A stretch of DNA of 64,000 nucleotides from Vulcanimicrobiota bacterium (GTDB lineage Bacteria; Vulcanimicrobiota; Vulcanimicrobiia; Vulcanimicrobiales; Vulcanimicrobiaceae), in assembly GCA_028287525.1 (NCBI GenBank), contig JAQBPM010000300.1, positions 10,232 through 74,231 on the forward strand, given 5' to 3'. The notes beneath the pieces are model-generated. The model was not told the DNA's origin. It was given only the letters and a program-made list of their open reading frames with translations, and did no database searches. Positions 1-9,380 of the stretch are shown here, one piece after another. The translations under genes and the position numbers were made by a program. Every line of letters begins with the position of its first letter. Within the stretch, counting starts at the first letter, position 1.

Positions 1-1
1 A

Positions 2-337
2 ACGGCGATCGCGGCGATCGTCGCGGCGGCGCACACGGGAGACGCGACCGCCGCGCTGTGGGGCACGGTGCTCGCCGGCGGGGCGGTCTTCGCCTTGTAC
101 GCGCTCACCTTCGGCACCGGCATCGGCCTTGGCGACGTGAAGCTCGCGGCGGCGATCGGCGCGGGATACGGGGCATACGCCGCAACGATCGCGCTCGGTG
201 CGGCCTTCGTTCTCGGCGGCGCGTACGGCGCGTGGCTGCTGCTGATGCGCGGGGCGCGCCGAACAGATGCGATTCGGTTCGGGCCCTTTCTCGCCGCGGG
301 GACCGTCGTAGCCGCGGCCGCGGCGCGCGTGCTGTGA
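2..337 (+). CDS. pilD: Prepilin peptidase (A24), C-terminal part; 5' truncated by window edge
   Basis: GIGLGDVKLAAAIG aspartate motif and C-terminal IRFGPFLAAG; stop overlaps the pilM start. Confidence 0.85.
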   Translation, partial: TAIAAIVAAAHTGDATAALWGTVLAGGAVFALYALTFGTGIGLGDVKLAAAIGAGYGAYAATIALGAAFVLGGAYGAWLLLMRGARRTDAIRFGPFLAAGTVVAAAAARVL

Positions 338-1272
338 TGGCACGCGCGCAAACGCTGCCGCTGGGAATCGACGTCGGGCAACTGCGCACGCGAGTCGCGT
401 TGCTCGAGGTCGATACCGCCGGCCGGCCGCGTCTGGTGGCGGTGGCGTCGCGGCCGACCGGTGACGATGCGGGAGGGGCGATCGCAGCGGCGCTCGGCGA
501 ACTCCGCACGCGCGAGCGCCGCTGCGTCCTCGCGCTCGGCGGGGAGACCGCAACGCTGCAAACCGCGACCTTTCCTCCCTTGCGGCGGCACGAACGCGAG
601 CGCGCCGCGCGCTTCGAAGCCGCTCGCCGGCTGGCCTATCCGCTCTCCGTCGCGGAGATTCGCGTCGCCCCGATCGACGCCGTGCGATGCGTTATCGGCG
701 TCGCGAGGCGCGACGCGATCGAAGCTCGCCTGCGCGCTGCGCGGCGCGCCGGATTGCGGCCGCTCGCGATCGATGACGCCGGTCTCGCCTTGCTGCGCGC
801 GTTTCCGGCTGCCGACGCCATCGTAGACGTCGGCGATGCCGGAACGGCCCTCATCGTGCGCGACGAACCAATTCCCGCCCTTCGCCGCTTCCCCATCGGC
901 GGCACCGCGTTCACCGCGGCGGTTGCCGATGCGCTCGGCCTCGACGCGGCGCTCGCAGAGCAGCGGAAACGAACGCTCGGAATGGCCGGCGCGGGCGAAC
1001 AGGTCTGCGACGCCCTCGTCGAACACGTCGCCTCCGCGATCGTCGAAGCGCGTGCCGGAGCGCGCAGCGAGATTCGCGCGATCGCACTGGCCGGAAACGG
1101 AAGCCGCCTAGCCGGCTTTGCCGAGGCGCTCGAACGCGCCGTCGCGATTCCGACCCGCCACGGGGCGCTCGCCTCTGATGCGTCGTGGGCATTGCCGGCC
1201 GACGTGGTCCGTGCGGCATCGCCCGATTGGGGGCTCGCGTTTGGGCTCTCGCTCTGGACGCTGGCCGCATGA
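337..1272 (+). CDS. pilM: Type IV pilus assembly protein PilM (actin-like)
   Basis: ATG at 337; LGIDVG N-terminus, IVDVGDAGT, FPIGGTAFT…AEQRK, IALAGNGSRLAG, LAFGLSL C-terminus. Confidence 0.9.
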   Translation: MARAQTLPLGIDVGQLRTRVALLEVDTAGRPRLVAVASRPTGDDAGGAIAAALGELRTRERRCVLALGGETATLQTATFPPLRRHERERAARFEAARRLAYPLSVAEIRVAPIDAVRCVIGVARRDAIEARLRAARRAGLRPLAIDDAGLALLRAFPAADAIVDVGDAGTALIVRDEPIPALRRFPIGGTAFTAAVADALGLDAALAEQRKRTLGMAGAGEQVCDALVEHVASAIVEARAGARSEIRAIALAGNGSRLAGFAEALERAVAIPTRHGALASDASWALPADVVRAASPDWGLAFGLSLWTLAA

Positions 1273-1817
1273 AACGGTTCAACTATCTCCGTTCGAGAAC
1301 GGAGCGCGCGTTCGGCGTCGCCGTACCGTCGCTGTGGGGCGCCCAGACGCGACGGGAGCTCTGGTGGTACGCCGCCGCGATCGGCATCGTTTGCGCAGTG
1401 TGGCTGGTCCAACAAACGCGGTACCAACGCCTCGAGCACGACGGCGCCTCGCTCGCGACCCGCCTCGCGCTCACCCGCGTCGTCGCCGAGCGCGTCAGCG
1501 CGATCGAACGCGACATGGCGAGGATGGGCCGCATCGCAACGTCGATCGCGCGCGTACGCGCCTCCGGCAGCCTCCTCGCGAACGAACTCGCGACGATCGG
1601 CAATACCTTGCCGGACGACGCGTGGCTGACGTCCGTGCGCGTCGCGCCTCGCGCGCTCTCGATCGAAGGGCGCAGCCGGCACGTCCGCGGCGTCGCCGCG
1701 GCGCTCGCCGGACTGAGCGGCGTCGCCGGCTCGGGACCGGTGCGTCTTCTCGCAATGCGGCTTGACGCGGCACGCGCGGAGATGACGTATTCCATCGCGC
1801 TGGGCCGGCGGCAGTGA
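1269..1817 (+). CDS. pilN: PilN-like pilus alignment protein
   Basis: MKRFNYL N-terminus (resembles the INLLP motif), TM segment, coiled coil, LPDDAWLTSV…LSIEG; follows pilM. Confidence 0.8.
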   Translation: MKRFNYLRSRTERAFGVAVPSLWGAQTRRELWWYAAAIGIVCAVWLVQQTRYQRLEHDGASLATRLALTRVVAERVSAIERDMARMGRIATSIARVRASGSLLANELATIGNTLPDDAWLTSVRVAPRALSIEGRSRHVRGVAAALAGLSGVAGSGPVRLLAMRLDAARAEMTYSIALGRRQ

Positions 1818-2431
1818 TGTTCTCGCGGGAACCCATTGGCAAGCACGTGGCAACGAAGCGCACGGGATTCGCGTCGGTCTCGATTGCCGTGCTCGGAAGT
1901 CTCGTCGTCGTGAGTTGGGAAGAAGGCCGCATCGCGCAACGCAGTTTCGCGAACGACGCCCTGGCCGCACAGATCGCTGCCGCGGACGTGCGCCTCGCCG
2001 GCGCGAAGGATCTGCAAACGCAGCAGCTCGAGCTGCGCCGGCGCATTCGCCGGGCCGCCGGCGGATCGAGCGCTGCACAGCCGGTAGCGCGGTTCCTCCG
2101 TGACGCGTCGCGGAACGCGGGCGCGCACGACGTCGTGGTGACGGCGCTCGCCGCCGACGGCGCTCCGCTGACTGCCGCACCCGGCGCGAGCGAGCGGAAT
2201 GCGCGGGCGGCGGCCCTTCCGTTCCAGCTCTCGCTGGAAGGCGAATATCGTGACGTGCTCGCCGCTCTGCGCGAGCTCTCGAATTTGGGCGTCCCCGCCG
2301 CGCTCGAACTAACGTCGCTGGTCCGCACCAGTCCAGAAGGGCCTCGCGCGCGACTCACCGCGACGCTGCGCGTCGTGCTCGACGATTTCACCGCTCCCGG
2401 GTTCGACGATGTTCGCCCTGCGTCGATCTAG
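1814..2431 (+). CDS. pilO: PilO-like pilus alignment protein
   Basis: TM, coiled coil, LPFQLSLEGEYRDVLAALREL motif; operon position. Confidence 0.7.
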   Translation: MMFSREPIGKHVATKRTGFASVSIAVLGSLVVVSWEEGRIAQRSFANDALAAQIAAADVRLAGAKDLQTQQLELRRRIRRAAGGSSAAQPVARFLRDASRNAGAHDVVVTALAADGAPLTAAPGASERNARAAALPFQLSLEGEYRDVLAALRELSNLGVPAALELTSLVRTSPEGPRARLTATLRVVLDDFTAPGFDDVRPASI

Positions 2432-3005
2432 CCGGGTCGCGCTCGCGGCGGCAGCGCTCGCGGCGTTCTCGGCCGCGTACGTCGCCACGCCGATCGTCGC
2501 GCGCAGTCAGTCGGGGTCGCTCGCAGAACGCGTCCCCGAACGCGCATCCGCCTCGCCTGAGCCGCCGGCGGTCGTCGTTGCACCGCGGCGCGATCCGTTC
2601 GCCGGAGCCCCCGCCGGCCAGGCCTCCGGCTCCAGCCGGGCCGCACCCGGCGAATCGGCCGCGCGCATGCCGTCGGTTCCGGCCGCGGTCGGTCCGCTGC
2701 CGCCGAACGCGGGTGCCGGCGGCGGCTCCTTCCCGCTTGCGCCGGCGATGCGGGTGACCGCCGTCATGACGGGCGCGCATCCGTTCGCATTGGTCGACGA
2801 CGGCGGGACGACCAGGATCGTGGCGACGGGAGACGAGCTCGGCGGCGCGGTAATCGCGGCGATTCGCATCGACGGCATCCATCTCGGCTCCGGCGCCATC
2901 ATTCCGCTCGCCACGCCTGCTGCCGGGCAAAGCGCGCCCGAGGTTCGCGTCCGCCCGAGCGCGGTCCCAACGCCGCCGCCTCTGCCTGGAGGTCCCGGAA
3001 GATGA
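2409..3005 (+). CDS. PilP/GspC-like periplasmic protein
   Basis: Signal/TM, RRDPF motif, VTAVMTG-x-PFALVDD…IVATGDELGGAVIAAI beta domain; between pilO and secretin. Confidence 0.6.
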   Translation: MFALRRSSRVALAAAALAAFSAAYVATPIVARSQSGSLAERVPERASASPEPPAVVVAPRRDPFAGAPAGQASGSSRAAPGESAARMPSVPAAVGPLPPNAGAGGGSFPLAPAMRVTAVMTGAHPFALVDDGGTTRIVATGDELGGAVIAAIRIDGIHLGSGAIIPLATPAAGQSAPEVRVRPSAVPTPPPLPGGPGR

Positions 3006-4174
3006 GAGTGTTCGCGCTGATCGGCGCGCTCGCCATCGGTTTGAGTGCCGCGCCGGCCGCAGCCGCCGCAGACCGCTTCTCGATCGATGCGCGCGACGTC
3101 GATCTCGCCGACGTCATCCGTCTCCTCGGCGCGCGCGGGGACCAGAACGTCGTGGCCGACGGCTCGGTGAAGCCGCAGCGGGTGACGCTCCGTCTGCACG
3201 ACGTGAGCTTCGACGAAGCGCTTGCGACGGTCGTCACGGCGTACTCACTGCAAACGCACCGCGACGGCCGAACGATCATCGTGGGCGACTCGGCGTCGAT
3301 GAACCGCCGCTTCCCCGACGAGACGACGGCCGGCGCGACGCAGACCGCCGTCTTCTCGCTCGCTCACGCGCGGCCCGACGACGTCGTCGTCGCGCTGCAG
3401 GGCGCGCTGCCGCAAGGAACGGTGGTCGTCGGCGACCGGCGCACGGGCTCCGTCCTCGTCACCGCCAATCCGCAAGCGATCGGCCGCGCCCGGCGCCTCA
3501 TCGCAGCGTTCGACGCTCCCACGTTCGGCAACGGCGGCACGATCACGACCGCCTCGCTCCAGCTCCACAACCTGCGTGCAACCGAGGCCGCGAAGAGTCT
3601 CAAGGGCGTGGTTCCGGACGGCGCGCTGCTCCCGGAGGACCGGCAGAACGTCCTCATCGTGACCGGGAATACCGAGGTGCAAACGGCGGTTCGCACGCTT
3701 CTGGCCGGCATCGACGGTCCGGGCCGGCAAGTGATGTTCGAAGTGCGCGTCGCGGACGTGCAGCCCGTGAACGATCAGACCAACGTCGGCTTCGAGTTCG
3801 CCGGCGCCGGATACGGCGCAGCCGGCGGTTCGGTCGGCCAGTTCCCGTACACGCTCACGAAGAGTTCGATCGTCGTCAACGCGCAGATCAATGCCCTGGT
3901 CCAGCGCGGACGCGCGAAGATCCTCGCCCAGCCGCGGATCGCGACGCTCAACAACCGCGAAGCGTCGCTGCTCATCGGTTCGCAGTACCCCGTCGTGACG
4001 GTGAACCAGCAGACCGGCTATCCGAGCGTGCAGACGATCGACGTGGGCGTTCGTCTTCGGCTTACGCCGACGATCGGCGCGGACGGCGAGATCACCGCCG
4101 AGATGCACCCCGAGTATTCGCAGAACGTCTGGACCGCAACAACGGCCACTTGGCCGAGAGCACGCCTCCGGTAG
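3002..4174 (+). pseudogene. pilQ: Secretin PilQ, 5' fragment (host sequence to 4124, then a short phage-derived tail to a stop at 4174)
   Basis: Signal peptide, N0/STN (DARDVDLADVIRLL), N-domain repeats (DRRTGSVLVT, DRQNVLIVTG), QVMFEVRV, KILAQPRIATLNNREASLLIG, DVGVRLRLTPTI; secretin similarity stops after HPEYSQ. Confidence 0.92.
4118..4144 (+). other. attL: core TCGCAGA (4118-4124) plus P' arm (4120-4144)
   Basis: 7-bp direct repeat with 62160-62166; arm 4120-4144 matches the reverse complement of 62135-62159 at 20/25 positions. Confidence 0.9.
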
Positions 4175-4236
4175 CCACGGACGGCCGCCGGGCGCACATC
4201 GCCGGCGCCAGCGTCGGCAGAGGAGAGCCCCACTCC

Positions 4237-4593
4237 GTGGACATCGGTACCGAGATCAGCCACGACCCCGCGGTTCAGCAGCTGGTTACCAACGCACGCG
4301 CCGCCGGCGTGCAGCTACTGGGCGACGCGAAGACGTTCATCCACGCATCGCTCGCGCATCTTCAAGGCTCCGTCGACGCCGAGATCCCCGTCGCCGAGCA
4401 GGCCGCGATCGACCTGGCTCTCGACCTCATCCCCTCCGGAGCGACGCGCGACGGCGTGAAGGCGTTCGTCAACGCATTCGCCACGCCCGCGGAAGCGACG
4501 CTCGGCACCGAGGCGAAGTCTCTCGTCGCCACGGCGTTCGGCATCGCACTCCTGCGCGCCGACGCGATCCTCGCGACGGCCGGCGCGAAGTAG
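4237..4593 (+). CDS. Hypothetical phage protein
   Basis: GTG at 4237 after AGGAG; Ala-rich helical ORF (track start 4150 is an alternative). Confidence 0.6.
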   Translation: MDIGTEISHDPAVQQLVTNARAAGVQLLGDAKTFIHASLAHLQGSVDAEIPVAEQAAIDLALDLIPSGATRDGVKAFVNAFATPAEATLGTEAKSLVATAFGIALLRADAILATAGAK

Positions 4594-4596
4594 CGG

Positions 4597-4959
4597 ATGG
4601 ACAAAGCGAGCGCGCCCGCGGTCACGCCGACCGCCGGGCGCATCGTCCATTTCGTCCTCGGCGACGGTCAGGTTCGCCCAGCGATGATCGTGCGCGTCTG
4701 GAGCGCGACGCTCGTGCAGCTCCAAGTCTTCCTCGACGGCACGAACGACACGCAGCCGACGCAGCGCGGGGATCATACCTTGGCCGCGATCGACAACCTG
4801 ACGACGACCGGCGTCTCGCAGGTCTGCGATCCGCGCGGCTGGGCGACGTCGGTCAGTTACGCCGCGCCGGTGGAAGTCGGGATGCTCGAGCCGCGCACCT
4901 GGTTCTGGCCGCCACGCGAGCCGGTTGCTGGCGTCGATCCTCGCGGCGGTGCGGCGTAG
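4597..4959 (+). CDS. Conserved phage hypothetical protein
   Basis: PTAGRIVHF…RPAMIVRV…LQVFLDG…WFWPPR pattern typical of a widespread small phage protein. Confidence 0.7.
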   Translation: MDKASAPAVTPTAGRIVHFVLGDGQVRPAMIVRVWSATLVQLQVFLDGTNDTQPTQRGDHTLAAIDNLTTTGVSQVCDPRGWATSVSYAAPVEVGMLEPRTWFWPPREPVAGVDPRGGAA

Positions 4960-5181
4960 ATGGGGCAGATCACCATCACCGTGGCGGGCTCATTCGGCCC
5001 GTCACGGTCACGTTCGTTCTCCGCGATGGAGCACGGCCACGCGCACGCGACGAGCGAAGCCCTGAAGTTCCTCACGAACGACGTCTTGCCGGACGCGATC
5101 GCGATGGATCACCAGTACCACAACGAGGGTGACGCGCCGCCGGGTGGGTGGCCACCACGTAGAGAGGCGGCGACGACGTGA
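4960..5181 (+). CDS. Hypothetical protein
   Basis: Tightly coupled ORF in the left-arm operon. Confidence 0.55.
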   Translation: MGQITITVAGSFGPSRSRSFSAMEHGHAHATSEALKFLTNDVLPDAIAMDHQYHNEGDAPPGGWPPRREAATT

Positions 5182-5630
5182 GCCGCCCCCACGGCCAAGG
5201 ACGGCTGTACCACGCCAACAGGACCGGGTGGCGCAAGCCGCCCGCGTTCCTGGTCGCGCGATCGCGACGCTTCATCGGCGCAGTACTCGCCGCCGCCGTC
5301 CTCACCGGCTGCGGCCCGCTAAACGACTTCTATCGCGGTCAGGCGCGCGCCGACGCCGAGAATCAAGTGCAGCTGCGCGAAATCCAGATCAAGACGATGG
5401 AGCAGCAGGTCCAGATCGCCAAGCAAGAAGCCGACATCGAGGTCGCGCACGCGTACGGCATCGCCAAGGCCCAGGAGATCATCAACAAGACGCTGACGCC
5501 ACAGTATCTCCAGCACGAAGCCATTCAGGCGCAGCTCGAGGCGGCGAAGAACTCGTCGCACACCGAGACGATCTACGTGCCATCCGGGCAGCAAGGCATC
5601 CCGCTCACGTTCACGGTGCCGACGAAGTGA
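5178..5630 (+). CDS. Lipoprotein resembling the coiled-coil/C-terminal part of SPFH (band 7) proteins
   Basis: Lipobox VLTGC; EVAHAYGIAKAQEIINKTLTPQYLQ…IYVPSGQQGIPL. Confidence 0.6.
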   Translation: MSRPHGQGRLYHANRTGWRKPPAFLVARSRRFIGAVLAAAVLTGCGPLNDFYRGQARADAENQVQLREIQIKTMEQQVQIAKQEADIEVAHAYGIAKAQEIINKTLTPQYLQHEAIQAQLEAAKNSSHTETIYVPSGQQGIPLTFTVPTK

Positions 5631-5898
5631 AGATGGCAGGGCTCTTGGGCCTCGCGGCGGCTGCGCTCATTTCCCGCGACTCGCAGCCGGTCGCGAAGCG
5701 TCGACCGGCGCCCGTGCGCGCGCGATCGTCGCCGTCCGACTACGCGCGACGGGCCATCGAACCGCGCTTTTGCTGCGGCATCGCGTCACGGCATGGTGAT
5801 GGTCAGCGGCGGCGCGCGCGACAGGGACAACCGATCTTCGTGCGACCGACGCATGCGGCGCAGAAGCGCCCGGAACGCGCGCGGCGGAAGGTGGCATC

Positions 5899-6351
5899 GT
5901 GATCGCCGAATCGCTGATCGCGCACCTCATCGGCGACTACATTCTGCAGACCGACGCGATGGCGACGCGGAAGACCAAGCAGACGTTGTGGGCGCTCGCA
6001 CACGTCATCACCTATGGCCTGCCGTTCCTGTTCTTGCGGCCGTCATGGGCGGCGCTCGCCGTGATCGTCGGGACGCACTTCTTCATCGACCGCTTCCGCC
6101 TCGCGCGGTACGTCGTCGCGGCGAAGAACAGCATCACGGACCCGGCGAACGCACGGCGATTCTTCTCGAGCCAGACGGGCTACCTCGAAGACGTGCTCGA
6201 GAGCGTCCTTGCATCCGACGGCGCCACGGTGATCGGTTGCCGCACCGTCGCATTTGGGACGCCGCCATGGATGGCCGTCTGGCTGCTGATCATCGCCGAC
6301 AACACGCTGCACGTCGCGATCAACGCGGCGGCGCTGACATGGCTCCGGTGA
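5899..6351 (+). CDS. DUF3307-family membrane protein
   Basis: AHLIGDYILQ…HVITY…THFFID…ADNTLH conserved His/Asp pattern. Confidence 0.75.
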   Translation: MIAESLIAHLIGDYILQTDAMATRKTKQTLWALAHVITYGLPFLFLRPSWAALAVIVGTHFFIDRFRLARYVVAAKNSITDPANARRFFSSQTGYLEDVLESVLASDGATVIGCRTVAFGTPPWMAVWLLIIADNTLHVAINAAALTWLR

Positions 6352-6459
6352 GGTGACCATGCGCCGCCCTCGTCAAAGGCGGCTACAGAACGCGAAGCCG
6401 ACTGACAACGCCGAGCGGCGCGCGTGGGCCGGTGGTCGACTGCGCGCGTCGTGCCGTTC

Positions 6460-7422
6460 CTACTTGGGAGGACCGCCGAACGGGAACGGAATTGGCTCTC
6501 CGATCTTCTCAATCACCTCAATAACTTGACGCTCGACGCGAGGCTTGATTTGGCCTTCCGCGAGGACGGTATGCGTTCGCACTCGGACCCTGAGCAGATC
6601 GTCTTTCTTGAAGTTTATCTCGTGCGCATCCACCAGCTTCCAAAACATAGGATCGACGATGCGTGCGCTGACCTCGGAGTCCCCTTCCCAAAAGCGCCAT
6701 AAGAGCTCCGGATCAAACGACAAGGACCTGACTTGCCAGATTCGGATAGTGTCGGCCTCATCTTCAAAGCTAGCCGGTACGTTAGCGCCAATCGCCTCGA
6801 AGTATTCCCTCTCGTCCTTCTCGACGCGCTCCTGGACGACACCATCGGCGATGAACTTTACAACTTCGACTCCGTCTTTCCGTAGCGGCGCGACGACGGT
6901 CTCGATGCTCTTCTGGACCTCCGGGTCGATGTATAGTCGCCAAACTTCAGGTGAGACGACGATAGTCTGGTTCTCGATGACGATCTTCACCGCAGCGGGT
7001 TCGTGCACGATCGCCTTTGGAACACGTCGAGCGATCACCCTAACGAGTTGGATCAAGCCGAGGGTGCCGCCGCTGGCGACGGTGGCGACAGTATGCAAGA
7101 GTCCGAGGGTATCGAGGATCTCTTTAGCTTCGTGAACCGGCGTTGAAAGCAGCATGTTCTTCGCGTTTTCGACGACAGTCTGCACGACGTCGAGCGACAC
7201 ACCGAAGGAGCCGCGCTTGAAGTTTGCGTTGACCTGCACGGCAATCCGCGCGCGCTGGCCGTTCAGCTCGCGGTTCGCTTCCTCGCAGAGGCGCGCGACA
7301 GAGAGTAGAGCGGGAGCGAGATCGCGGATGTCCATTCGTCCATCGCGAAGCCTCTCGCCGTCGTACTCAACGGAGAAGGTCGTCACGTTCGTATCTTCTT
7401 GCTCGTCCCGCTCGTCACCCAT
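6460..7422 (-). CDS. Hypothetical accessory protein (moron)
   Basis: 320-aa globular ORF, visibly lower GC, downstream of the late-operon terminator. Confidence 0.75.
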   Translation of the reverse strand: MGDERDEQEDTNVTTFSVEYDGERLRDGRMDIRDLAPALLSVARLCEEANRELNGQRARIAVQVNANFKRGSFGVSLDVVQTVVENAKNMLLSTPVHEAKEILDTLGLLHTVATVASGGTLGLIQLVRVIARRVPKAIVHEPAAVKIVIENQTIVVSPEVWRLYIDPEVQKSIETVVAPLRKDGVEVVKFIADGVVQERVEKDEREYFEAIGANVPASFEDEADTIRIWQVRSLSFDPELLWRFWEGDSEVSARIVDPMFWKLVDAHEINFKKDDLLRVRVRTHTVLAEGQIKPRVERQVIEVIEKIGEPIPFPFGGPPK

Positions 7423-7478
7423 CCGCCGCCGATGCGCCTACTTCGAGCGGAGTACCTGCTCGCCAAGGAAGGGTACGC

Positions 7479-7514
7479 AAAAAGCCCACCCCCGCCGTGA
7501 AGGCGAGGATGGGC
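7479..7514 (-). terminator. Intrinsic terminator ending the late operon
   Basis: Minus strand GCCCATCCTCGCC-TTCAC-GGCGGGGGTGGGC-TTTTT: 13-bp stem with two G-U pairs plus U tract. Confidence 0.8.
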
Positions 7515-7570
7515 TCAGGTCCGGTACGCTCCGGATCACCATGGGACCACGCCGGGCGGCGCTCGTCAAT

Positions 7571-7834
7571 CTACAATTCGCAAACGACCTGGACGACGCG
7601 CTCCTTCTCCCACACCGCGACGTGCGATCGCGGCCCGCACGAATGCGTTCGCACGAAGTCGCGGTACTCGGCCTCGGTGATCTTCACCGGCTCCGGGCCG
7701 TTGGCGACCCAGTACTCGACGCGATAGACGCCGGGGTGCAGGTCGACGAGGATCCCGACGGGACGCGCGGCGAGAGCGGACGACGTCGACGTCGCGAGCG
7801 CGATCGCGACCGTCAGCGCGACGAGGCGCCTCAT
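7571..7834 (-). CDS. Small secreted protein, last gene of the lysis cassette
   Basis: MRRLVALTVAIALATSTSSALA signal peptide; start overlaps the upstream stop. Confidence 0.6.
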   Translation of the reverse strand: MRRLVALTVAIALATSTSSALAARPVGILVDLHPGVYRVEYWVANGPEPVKITEAEYRDFVRTHSCGPRSHVAVWEKERVVQVVCEL

Positions 7835-8127
7835 CGTGGCGCCTGTGGAGCGCCGAGCTGCGCCTCCGCAGCGAGCCAGATCGGCTTCCCTGCGGCAAGC
7901 GCGGCGATCCCGGGCGGCAGCGCGACGTTGGCCGCCGAGACCGCGACGTCCAGGTACCCGCGCGCGAGCGCGCCGGCGAGACCGGTTCCGAGGTGCGCGT
8001 CGATCGTGTGGCCGAGCGTTGGCGCAGCGGCCTGCACGGCGACGGAGGTCAGTACGGTGCCGAGGCCGACGCCGAAGATGTGCTTTGTGTTGAGCACGGT
8101 GAGGGCGCGGGTGAGGAAGTTCATCAT
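7831..8127 (-). CDS. Putative holin-like membrane protein
   Basis: 98 aa, hydrophobic segments, Met-Met start, directly after the endolysin. Confidence 0.5.
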   Translation of the reverse strand: MMNFLTRALTVLNTKHIFGVGLGTVLTSVAVQAAAPTLGHTIDAHLGTGLAGALARGYLDVAVSAANVALPPGIAALAAGKPIWLAAEAQLGAPQAPR

Positions 8128-8741
8128 CGACCTCCATGCGCTTGCATCAGCGCGACCTTCGCCTGGTGCACGTCCGAGCGGAACCGAACGAGGCTCGCCT
8201 CGAAAGCATTGCCCGGGCACGCCGTCGAGCAGCCCGTGTCGCGATGCCCCTTGATCGAGGCGGTGTCGAGCCGGCACAGGAACGCGATCGCGGCCTGCAG
8301 CTTGACCGAGGCGTTCCACTGCGCCGCGGGAACCGGCGCGCTCGTGTACGTCCCCTCGTGCTCGGTGCCGAAGGAATCATTGTCGTCGGCGCCCGTACTT
8401 TCGTCAGCAGCGTGTGCGCCGCGGATGCAGTGACCGGCGATCAGCGCATCGAGCGAGCCGTGACGGCCTTCGAGGACAATGCCGTCGATGGTCACGGTGA
8501 AGTGCTGCCCCGTGTCCGACCAGTGGTTCGCGTCGATGTGGTCGGCCTGGCAGCGACGAGCGACGTCGAACGCCGCGGCGAGCGACTTCGCGTGGTCGGC
8601 GATCGGCTCGCGGTTCGGCCAGTCCATGTGGTGCAGCACGATGTCACGCGGCGTCGTCGCGGCGAACGCGTGCGCAGCGGGGCGCGCGCCCCAGTCGGCG
8701 GTCGTGTAGACGACGAGGCCGCCGGGCAGTGTCTTGGGCAT
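8124..8741 (-). CDS. Endolysin, N-acetylmuramoyl-L-alanine amidase (Amidase_2/PGRP-like)
   Basis: DWGARP, IVLHH, WSDTGQHF…EGR, GAHA, IKGHRD…TACPG zinc motifs. Confidence 0.9.
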   Translation of the reverse strand: MPKTLPGGLVVYTTADWGARPAAHAFAATTPRDIVLHHMDWPNREPIADHAKSLAAAFDVARRCQADHIDANHWSDTGQHFTVTIDGIVLEGRHGSLDALIAGHCIRGAHAADESTGADDNDSFGTEHEGTYTSAPVPAAQWNASVKLQAAIAFLCRLDTASIKGHRDTGCSTACPGNAFEASLVRFRSDVHQAKVALMQAHGGR

Positions 8742-8744
8742 GGG

Positions 8745-9287
8745 CTACTCCTTGCGATCGAGGACGGCAGTAGCGACGCGCACGACGTGCGCGACGGAGG
8801 GCGACGCGTCATCATGGGCGTGGATCTCTGCGAGGACAGCCTCGGGGATCGACGGCGGGGGCTGAGGCATGTCCTCGATCGTCGCGCCGCGGCGCCTAAA
8901 GTGCCGGATCACATCGACCGTCCAGAGCGCAGCCTCGGCATTGTCCGAGCGCTGGCGCATGATCTCAGCGCGGGCGGCGGCCGTCTCGTCGCGCGCAGCC
9001 TTCGTCTCGGCCCGCGAAGCGGCGATCTCGGCGCGAAGGGCGGCGACGTCGGCCCGCAGTGCGGTCATCTCGCCGCGCTGCGCCACGATGTCGGAGCTCA
9101 TCGAGACGACGGACTGCTGAGCCTGGGCGAGCAGCTCGTTGGAGCGCCGCAGTTGGGCGCGAAGGATGACCCGCGGCGTCAGCAGCACGGCGCCGCCGAG
9201 CGTGATGACGATGCCGATCACGGTGGCGACCAGAGATGCGACCGACTGCAGCTGCGCGATCGTAACCGCGGCGATGGGAATGGGCAT
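8745..9287 (-). CDS. Membrane-anchored coiled-coil lysis-module protein (holin or spanin-like)
   Basis: GGAGG RBS, N-terminal TM, long coiled coil, immediately upstream of the amidase. Confidence 0.55.
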   Translation of the reverse strand: MPIPIAAVTIAQLQSVASLVATVIGIVITLGGAVLLTPRVILRAQLRRSNELLAQAQQSVVSMSSDIVAQRGEMTALRADVAALRAEIAASRAETKAARDETAAARAEIMRQRSDNAEAALWTVDVIRHFRRRGATIEDMPQPPPSIPEAVLAEIHAHDDASPSVAHVVRVATAVLDRKE

Positions 9288-9380
9288 CGGCGACCTCCAC
9301 GGGGCAGCGAGGACGTGCGTCACGGCGACCTCCAAAAAAGGAAAGAGGCCGCGAATGCGACCCCCGTCAGGGCTGATTTG

